This document shows positions 54,167 to 63,100 of a stretch of 64,000 bases of DNA, one piece after another. Position 1 is the stretch's first letter, and each line of letters starts with the position of its first letter. The position numbers and the translations under genes were made by a program. Location: contig CALDSX010000015.1 of NCBI GenBank assembly GCA_937924445.1, forward strand, positions 986-64,985. Reading direction: 5' to 3'. Below the pieces are notes generated by a model. It saw only the letters and a program-made list of their open reading frames with translations. It was not told where the DNA came from and did not search any database. The stretch is from an uncultured Chthoniobacterales bacterium. GTDB taxonomy: Bacteria; Verrucomicrobiota; Verrucomicrobiia; Chthoniobacterales; CALDSX01.

Positions 54167-54415
54167 ATGCACGCATCATCCGTCTCTCGTCTCCGTAAAG
54201 GGGCTACCGCAAAAATTCAGGATCTCGGTGACGATCCTATCCTCGCTCAGCGCCTTATGGCCCTCGGCATTTTACCCGGCCAACAAATTTTCGTCGAGCA
54301 ACGTTTCCCCCTCTCTGGACCTCTTCTTTGCAAATATTGCCACGGCAAATTCGGTATTCGCCACAAAGAAGCCGCCAAAATCTCCATCTCCCCCAACCAC
54401 ATACCCAAAGACTGA
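54167..54415 (+). CDS. feoA: Ferrous iron transport protein A
   Basis: 82 aa with an SH3-like FeoA pattern: LRKGATAKIQDLGDDPILAQRLMALGILPGQQIFVEQ. Confidence 0.85.
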   Translation: MHASSVSRLRKGATAKIQDLGDDPILAQRLMALGILPGQQIFVEQRFPLSGPLLCKYCHGKFGIRHKEAAKISISPNHIPKD

Positions 54416-54433
54416 CCCCGCACTCATCCGCAA

Positions 54434-56692
54434 ATGAAAGTGGCTCCGCCTACTCCTACCTTGGCGTCGGAACCTAAATTGCCGTTAATCGCTGTAATCG
54501 GACAGCCTAACGTCGGCAAGAGCACGGTGTTTAATCGCCTCACTGGCCTACGTCAACGAGTCGGAAATTATCCGGGCGTAACTGTTGAGCGAAAAGTTGG
54601 GCGTTTGCTCCTCGCCAATCAGATGGCGGAGATCGTGGATTTACCCGGCACCTACAGCCTAAATGCCCTTTCCCCCGATGAACTCATCACTCTCTCCGCT
54701 CTCACTGGAGAGGCAGGGATCGAGCGTCGCCCAGATGTGGTACTCTGCGTGGTCGAAGCGTCCCGCATTGAACGGTCGCTCATCCCCGCATTCCAGGTCG
54801 CCCCTCTCGGGGTTCCCGTGGTGATTGCAGTAAATTTTCTCGACGAAGCCAGGAAAAATGGAGTTCAACTGGACCTGGAGGAACTTGGCCGTCGCCTCCG
54901 CGTTCCAGTGGTTGGCACTGTTGCACGCTCCGGTGAGGGAATCGAAAAACTCAAAGAGGCGCTGGCCCACGCGCTCACATCCGAAGTTACTCTACCCGAA
55001 CCGGACTGGCCTCCGGCGGTGCGCTCCGCTATCGAACGACTCCAACCCTACGCCACTAACAGTTCGGGGCAACCTTGCCGGTTTTTAGCACAGCGTCTTC
55101 TTTTTGATTCAAATAACCGAGCCGCCGAATTCATCAGCATTGAGCCAGCTCATCGACCCGCCGTTCTTGAGTCGGCCCGAAATTTACTCCTTCAAGATGG
55201 TTACCATCCAACCACAGCCGAACCTGTCCTACTCTTTGCACACATAAAACAACTTCTCGACGGGGTGGTTAAGCGTTCTCACCAAACGACGCAACAAAGA
55301 CATTCCGGTGCGGACGCATGGCTCCTACATCCACTTCTGGGGCTGGTCATCTTTGTTCTGGTTATGTTTGGGGTTTTCCAAGCGGTTTACAGTTGGGCTG
55401 CGCCACTTATAGAGGGGATCGAGCATTTAACCTCTTTCTCAGGGGAGAAGATCGAAGCGTGGCTCGAACCCTTTCCCATGCTCAAGAGCCTTGCTGTGGA
55501 TGGTTTGATTGCAGGGTTGGGTTCGATCGCGGTTTTTTTGCCTCAAATCCTGATACTCACCGCTCTGATTTCACTGCTGGAGGACAGCGGTTACCTCTCT
55601 CGGGCCGCGTTTCTGATTGACAGAATTTTCGGCTGGTGCGGTCTCAACGGCAAATCGTTTGTGCCCCTGATGTCTAGCTTCGCCTGTGCGATACCCGGGA
55701 TTTTGTCCGCACGCACGATTGAAGAGAGCAGAACTCGGCTTGCCACTATTTTTATCGCACCGCTGATGAGTTGTTCCGCAAGACTGCCGGTTTATGTTGT
55801 AATGATCGGGGCGGTGATTGAACCTATCTACGGCCCGCATGTGGCAGGGATGGTGCTTTTTGCCATGCATATGCTCGGCCCAATCGTGGCTTTTCCTCTT
55901 ATATGGATTGTAAATAAATATATCCTGCGCTCCAAGCCTCCACCCTTTTTACTGGAGTTACCTCCTTTCCGGTTGCCCTCCCTTACCGATGTTCTATACA
56001 GACTATGGCAACGAACAAGTAGATTTTTGACGGATGCCGGCACTATTATTTTTTGTATCACCATTATTATTTGGGCGCTGCTTTACTTCCCGAGAGACGT
56101 CCGGCTCGAGCAAGAGGAGAAACAGCGATTCCTTGAAGAGACAATTTCGCAGGGTCTAAACCCTGCCGAGGTTGAGGCCGCTATTGCATCCGGTGAAGGA
56201 GAACTAGCCGAGGCTTTAGACAAACGGATTGCTGCAGTGCATATCGAGAACAGCCTCTTGGGACGTGCAGGTCGTTTCCTTCAGCCGTTGTTTCATCCTG
56301 CAGGTTTTGACTGGAGAATAACCGTTGCTGTGTTAGCCAGCTTTCCTGCGCGGGAAGTGGTTATCTCAACCCTAGGAGTGATCTATCAACTGGGCGGTGA
56401 TGCCGATGAAGAGAGCAGTGATTTGCGCACTCAAATTCGTCAAGCACGTTGGACGAGCGGTCCCCAGTTCGGGCAGCCAGTCTTTACAGTGCCGACGGCC
56501 GTCTCGGTGATGGTTTTTTTCGCACTTTGCATGCAGTGTGGCGCGACGTTGGCCATCATCAAGGCGGAGAGCGGTTGGCGTTGGGCGGTAGCAGCCTTTT
56601 TCGTTATGACGACGTTGGCATGGATTGGAGCAGTTCTCTCCTTCCAGGGTCTATCCCTTCTTTTTCCAACACCAAAAGGAGTTTCTTCATGA
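54434..56692 (+). CDS. feoB: Ferrous iron transporter FeoB
   Basis: 752 aa. N-terminal G-domain IAVIGQPNVGKSTVFNRLTG and DLPGTYSL, then a polytopic membrane domain with gate motifs. Confidence 0.95.
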   Translation: MKVAPPTPTLASEPKLPLIAVIGQPNVGKSTVFNRLTGLRQRVGNYPGVTVERKVGRLLLANQMAEIVDLPGTYSLNALSPDELITLSALTGEAGIERRPDVVLCVVEASRIERSLIPAFQVAPLGVPVVIAVNFLDEARKNGVQLDLEELGRRLRVPVVGTVARSGEGIEKLKEALAHALTSEVTLPEPDWPPAVRSAIERLQPYATNSSGQPCRFLAQRLLFDSNNRAAEFISIEPAHRPAVLESARNLLLQDGYHPTTAEPVLLFAHIKQLLDGVVKRSHQTTQQRHSGADAWLLHPLLGLVIFVLVMFGVFQAVYSWAAPLIEGIEHLTSFSGEKIEAWLEPFPMLKSLAVDGLIAGLGSIAVFLPQILILTALISLLEDSGYLSRAAFLIDRIFGWCGLNGKSFVPLMSSFACAIPGILSARTIEESRTRLATIFIAPLMSCSARLPVYVVMIGAVIEPIYGPHVAGMVLFAMHMLGPIVAFPLIWIVNKYILRSKPPPFLLELPPFRLPSLTDVLYRLWQRTSRFLTDAGTIIFCITIIIWALLYFPRDVRLEQEEKQRFLEETISQGLNPAEVEAAIASGEGELAEALDKRIAAVHIENSLLGRAGRFLQPLFHPAGFDWRITVAVLASFPAREVVISTLGVIYQLGGDADEESSDLRTQIRQARWTSGPQFGQPVFTVPTAVSVMVFFALCMQCGATLAIIKAESGWRWAVAAFFVMTTLAWIGAVLSFQGLSLLFPTPKGVSS

Positions 56693-56847
56693 GCGACTGG
56701 TGGCTCTCCGTCACAGACATCGCTGCGGTGGCGGTCATTTTTTCCGGCGCCTGCATTGGATTGGCAGGGGTTCTTCGCAAAGCGCGAAAATCTCCGACGT
56801 CATGTTCGGGATGTTCAATGCAGCCGTTTCATCGTAAAGGGCCATAA
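56689..56847 (+). CDS. FeoB-associated Cys-rich small membrane protein
   Basis: An internal ATG of track ORF 56449..56847 gives 52 aa: MSDWWLSVTDIAAVAVIFSGACIGLAGVLRKARKSPTSCSGCSMQPFHRKGP. That is one TM helix, a basic patch and CSGC. The ATG overlaps the feoB stop (ATGA at 56689-56692). Confidence 0.6.
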   Translation: MSDWWLSVTDIAAVAVIFSGACIGLAGVLRKARKSPTSCSGCSMQPFHRKGP

Positions 56848-56858
56848 AGGAGACTCAA

Positions 56859-56886
56859 AACGCTAACATCGTGAGCGTTCCTTTTT
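56859..56886 (+). terminator. Candidate Rho-independent terminator of the feo operon
   Basis: AACGCT-AACATCGTG-AGCGTT followed by CCTTTTTGGG, 12 nt after the stop at 56847. Confidence 0.45.
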
Positions 56887-57161
56887 GGGCAAGCCACCGG
56901 AAATCTGAGTTGGCAAGGGTTACTGGTGAATTGTGGAACTGCCCAGGAGGCTTTTGGGCGATATTTTTGATCAACTAAAGATTACCCACGCTTCTCATAC
57001 CCGTTCTCCTGCTGCTTGTCCTTTCCCGCCGTGGCGGGGTTGGGCTTAATAGGTTCTCGGGCAATCATGTTCCCAGACCGGCTGTCCTCCCCCTCCGTGC
57101 GTGCCTTGCCCCAATGGGAATTTGCCGCGCCTCGTTATCAAAAAAAAGGCCAAAATGCGGA

Positions 57162-60100
57162 TTAAGGTCTTTTACTGACTTTTATGCGAATAAATCGTCT
57201 TTGGGCGTGATCAAGCGGCACCGTGTCACGTTCAAGGATGGTTTGAGTGCCGTTGGGGTTGTTAAGGATTTCTTCAATTAAGGTGACGATATCGCTTCCC
57301 TCATTCCAATCCCAATCGTTGAGATCTGCGGAAACTTCGACACGCAAATCAACGTCGGCAGCCAATGGATCTCTGCGATAGCGCAAGCTCAGATATTTTT
57401 TACCATCACTGCCTGTCGTGATTTCTGTCTCGACAACGCCCTGCCCGGAATCGGCCAGGTTTGTAATTCCAAGTGCGTACCGCAGAAGATTTGGATATTT
57501 GCTGCCCGAAGGTGTATCCAGAGGTCCTCGTTGATTTTCAGGCAGGGACTCAAGGTGAGTGGCCGCCCAGTTGCTGTAGGTATTCTGCACACGCACAGTC
57601 ACATTTCCTGTGGCGCTCTGACCGTCAGCGGTGGTCACGGTTAAGGATGCCGTATATAAACCGGGCGCGACATAGGTGTGCACGGGTGACATTTGGCTAC
57701 TTTCCGGCGTTCCGTCACCGAAAGACCAGGAGTAATTGAATTTAGGCAGTCCTGGGCTTTTCCAGCGAGGTCCGACCTCGGTTGGAGTGAACGTTTCATC
57801 GGTCGTAAGCAAAAGGCGATCCACCCTGTATTCATGTTCCCGGGCACGGAGATTTAGCGTATGCATTCCTGACGTAACGTTAAAGGTCTCTGTATGACGC
57901 ACCCATCTCCACTCAAACTTCGGTTCCCCATCTACGTCATCGAAAGCTCCACCAACTTGGGTTCCATCCATACCAACCCAGATTGAATTTTCATTGTTAT
58001 TATCGCTGCTGACTCGCATCCAGAGGTGATAAGTGCCAGATGTCGGAAAATTAATGTCATATTCAACCTCTGCAGTATTACTCCACTGCAAGACTGGAGG
58101 TGGATAAGTCGAAGACATTATCCACGTGTATAATATACCATCAACGGAATCACCACTGGGTGCCGATGAGTTCAGTAAGTATGCACTTGTGCGTCCACTC
58201 CTGTAATCCTTATACCGATGATAATTTTCAGCTTCAATAACGACCATGCCCGGCTCAGCGCAATAAGGCCCGTCGGTTCCAATACCACCGTCTACATAGG
58301 CTTTGAACGCGACATTCAAAGGCACAGGACCTGATTCTGGCTGAGCCAGAGGTTCTACAGTAAGGGGTACCTGAGTTGATTGAACAAGCCAGGAATGACT
58401 CACCGAATTGCCGTTATTATCGCTCACTGTCACACCGATAGTGCTGTTACCTCCGGTATCAGGCGCTATGAAATCGAAGGTGAATTTATCGTTGTAGAGT
58501 CGTTGAACGGCGCCATTTACTGTCCAGTATACCGTGAGGGGATCGTTATCGAGATCCTCTGCGGCGACTGTTAGCTTTAGATGTTTTCGTGCTTTAGTCG
58601 TTACAGGAGAGGCCGGGTCATAGCCAATGATACGAGGAGGATTCCCAATACCGGAAGATGTCACTTCAAAGATTACCGGGATTGTTGTAGAGGGGTTGTG
58701 CGGATCGTTTGTCAGAACGTAAATTTCTGACTGATGTATACCCACGCCGCAACGCATTGGGTCGAATGTGACCGTGATTGTCTTTGTCTCACCAGGCGCG
58801 ATCGAACCAGATGAGGGAGACATACGGACATATTCTCCAGTATCCACACGATAAAAATAAGCGCCTTTCTTCGCAAAGATACCGCCTTCATTATCAGCAG
58901 CCAAATCCTCGAAACTCAGATTTTGAACCAAGGGAATTTCCTGCAGTGTTTGTCCGTTGAAAGGATTCACTTTGTAAAATTTACCCGATGATGCATTGGA
59001 AAGCCACAGGGCTCCGTTCCAATAGGAAGCAGGCCCACCATATATCAAATATTCCGGCGGACCTGGAAAACGTGCAATACGCGTTTTCGTTCCAAGTTCG
59101 AGACGGTAAATACCGCACCAATCCGGAAGCCCAGGAACTTGTGGCCCGGTTACCCAGAGACTCTCCATACCCAAGGCAAGTCCATCGGGCATTTGAGGTA
59201 ATTCCCCTCTTACAAATGGGAGTCTCTTTACTGTAACTAGTCTATTCGCTGTTTCATCTACCCTGTATTGTGTGATTTGGTTGCCAAGGCCTGTTGATAC
59301 AGAATTAGTGTTGATTGCCCATATCATGCCCTGCTGGTAAGCCATTTTCATAATGTAATGATACTTAAAAAAGTATTCGTCTCTTGTTACAGCTGTAGGA
59401 AACAAATTCCCCACTAGAGCCCCGGTGTTCGGATTCAGCCTGGCAATTCCGGAATATTGCCATTCATTATGTGTTCCCAACTTCATACTGCCCCAGAGGA
59501 CATGATCTCCGTCGAAATCAAGCCCCATACTTACCCAGCTGTAAAAATCTGGAATGGGGCCGACCTTGGTCATTATGCGGCCAGCGTTTAGTGGCAAGTT
59601 CTGTGAGGCAACGGGGGAGGTCCAAAGAAGAGGCAGGCTTCCGTCATTTTTCAGGGTGAATGTGCGGGTGACGGTTTGTCCGTTGGAAGTGGAGACATTG
59701 AAAGGCCCGCCACTGACAACTGCCACACGGTTGCCGACAAAGATGGTGACAGTTGCGATATTAGAATCGTCCTTTGCATCATTTACCTTGAACTCGAAGT
59801 TCACCGTGCCTAGATACCCTGGGGCGGGGGTGTAATGAAGATCTGGTGCCGTGCCGTTCAGAGTGCCGGAGGCTGGGCTGTTCAAGAGAGTCCAGGTCAA
59901 CGGCTCGCCGTCTTCATCTGAAGCCTCAAGCTTGATGGAAATGCTCTCGTGATTTGCGACGGAATAGGAGGCGTTCTGAGCTATGGGTGGGCGATTGGTA
60001 TTTACAACTGTCACCTGCCATAAATGGCTCGCGACTCCGCCTCTTCCGTCAGTAACAGAAACGGCCACCCCGTGGATGCCAGCGTCTTTGTAGCTGGTTT

Positions 60101-63100
60101 GATACTGCCATGAAGAACCTGTAACGCCGGGGATAGTTTTACCGTCTAATGACCAGACGTAGCTGAGAGGATCTCCGTCGCTGTCTGATGCTGAGATAGA
60201 AAAAGTTGAAGTTTCCGTCTCTGAAATTTCAACAGGTGAAGGAGGAGTGGCAGCGCTGATGACAGGGATTTCATTACCCGGCAGAGATGAACCAACAGAA
60301 ACAATCACTGGAAGGATAAAAACCGGTTTTTCAGGATCGTTCGTGCTGATATGGATCGCTCCGTGATGCACTCCATTCCCTAAAATGGTTCCGTCGATAT
60401 TGATTTCTATTTCTGAAGAGCCATTTTCAGCAATTTTTCCGATCGTCTTGTCAGCAAAAAGCCAGAAACGCTCCCCGGAGTCAATCATTGAAAGACATTT
60501 CTCTTCTACGGATGAGCCGAGTTCTCTATAGTTACTCCAGATCCACAGGGCCCCTTTTAAATCGGCCACAATACCTACATTGCCACGCTCTGGAGCGTTT
60601 ATAGTATCCAGAACAGCGCCTGATTTAGGATCGATTTTAAAAATCTTGCGAAAAACAGGAATTTGCGAATTTGGGTAATTAGCGTGATGATTTTGAATGA
60701 GCCAGAGAGCACCTCCGCTGTACTCGAGACCTGAAAAGCTGGGCCTTAAATTTTGATCATTGGGTGCTACCAACTCTGCTGGAACCGGAAATTGAGCGAT
60801 CACTTCTCCTGTGTTGTGATCTACCTTCGTGATATAATATTTAAGGGCAGCCTCCTCCGCATCCACCTGCATAGTGCGAAACCAAAAGGCGTTCTCACCG
60901 AAAGCCTCGAGATTGGCCTCACCTCCATAAAGCCAATCTCCTGTTGTCTGAATATAAAGGCGCGGATCAATGTTCAATGTCTTTGCGATCATTCCGCTTT
61001 CCGGATCCACCGCCACCAGCGTTATGATTTTGCGATTAATATTATTCGGCAGATTAACCGGAACTTGGAACCACAGAAATTGTCCGTCATAACATCCTAA
61101 CCAGCTATAATAGGCATTGAAGCCTGGAATAATATCAGACACCCTGAGCGTCTGAACAACCCCTGTCGGGTTTGCGACCGGATCAGCCTCGGGATCAATT
61201 TTATAGAGTGCGCCTGATGAAGGGCTATTTAAGCCATCGTAAGCATACAAATAACGTCCATCGTATGCAACGCCTTCGGGGTATAAGTACAGGGATTCTG
61301 GAAAGTCGAACCTTTTCAAAAGCTGCCCTGACGTGCCAAATTTATTGACAATACCTGTGAGTGACCAGGCCAAATCTCCCCCGCCGAAGTTGCTCAGTGT
61401 CAGAACTCGCCGTGCAGCTTCTCCAGGATTGAGGTTGATTTCTAAGAAAGGAACATCTGTGGAAACAGACGGGTTTCCCAGTTGCAAATTTAACCCCAGA
61501 GCATCAGGCGGGACAGTAACTTGAGTGGTTGAAGTTGGAAAAGTATATAACGGTCGTTTCTCGGCAAAAATATCAAAAGTCTGACTGCGTCCATAGATTC
61601 GCGTTAAAGAGAACCGACCATCCGCTCCGGCGAAAACTGTTTTTTCTGTAACATCTTTTAATATAACTTTTGCAAGTGGCACCGGCGAGCCACTGAGCTT
61701 ATCTTTAACAATGCCCGATATTGTCGCCGTCTGCATCGAAAGAACAAGACCAGAGACATCGCCCGGAGTGGAGAAGACAAGAGCATTGGTCTTCGAATAT
61801 GGCTCCCCAGCGACCTGCGCTGTCAGAGAAAAATTTCCATTGCAGACAAAAAACTCGAAATTTCCCCCCGGCCCGGTTGTTAGCGTGCCGCTTAAGGGTC
61901 CGGAGAATTCGACCAAGGCATCGGCCTTTGGCTGTCCATCCAATATGACACTTCCACTAACTCGGTATGAAATCGAGATGGGGAGTGTAAAACTGGCGTT
62001 TGTTATACGACCTTGGGAATCTGTCAAAACCAGAGTCCCTGAGAAGTTATGATGGGTCGGCGCGAAGGGTGAAATTTGAATTACGACGGGGGAACTCGCA
62101 GTCGCTTGGCCTCTTCTTGGAATCTGTGTGAAATTTGTTGTGGAATTCGATATAGTTACGTGGGGGTCAGCCGATTGTAGGGTAGCAGAGACGTTGTTTG
62201 CAGACTCGTAACCAACATTTCTGAAGGTAAAATAAAACTGGATGCTCTCGCCAGGATTTGCAACCCCATCACCATTCCCACCTGTAGAGTCATCCACTTC
62301 AAAGGACGCCAATTCGAGTTTTGTACTGCTCGGGATACCTTCGAGAGCGGCGTTTGCATTGAGGCGACCTCCGGTGGCGACAAGACCGGTAAGTGATGGT
62401 ATTTTATCAACTGTCTCGAGGATTCGTTCACGAATTTCCAGATGCGTCATTCCTGGCGCCTGAGATTTTAGGAGGGCCGCCACACCGGCCACATGTGGGC
62501 AGGCCATGGAGGTGCCACTCAGGGCGTCGTAAGGCGGCGATTTAATTGCCGCCGGAACGGTGCTTAAAATAAATACGCCCGGTGCTGCAAGGTCGGTATG
62601 AGGAAGGCCGTAGTTAGAAAAATAGGCGCGATTGTCCCAGGCATCACTCGCTGCCACAGAAATGATATTCTCATTTGGATATCCCGCAGGAAATGCCGGA
62701 TCGCTATTGTTTGAGTTGCCGGCCGCTGCCACAAAGAGAATCCCATGTTGATTGGCATCCTCAATCGCATCGATCAAAGCCTGAAGTTTTGGGCCACCTC
62801 CCCAAGAGTTTGATGTGATATGAACTCCAATCAGCGTGCTATAGTAAACCGCATCCACACCATCTGAAATGTAACCACTGCCGATGCCTGAGAGGAATTT
62901 AATTCCTGCCAGGCGGGCTCTCCAAGCAACCCCAACCACCCCTTGTGAATTGTTACCTTCAGCTGCGATAGTTCCCGCACAGTGAGTGCCGTGACGGTTG
63001 TCATCCATCGGATCGTTGTCGTCGTTGGCAAAGTCCCACCCGTGGACATCGTCTATAAAACCATTTCCGTCGTCGTCAATTCCGTTTGTTCTTTTATCTT

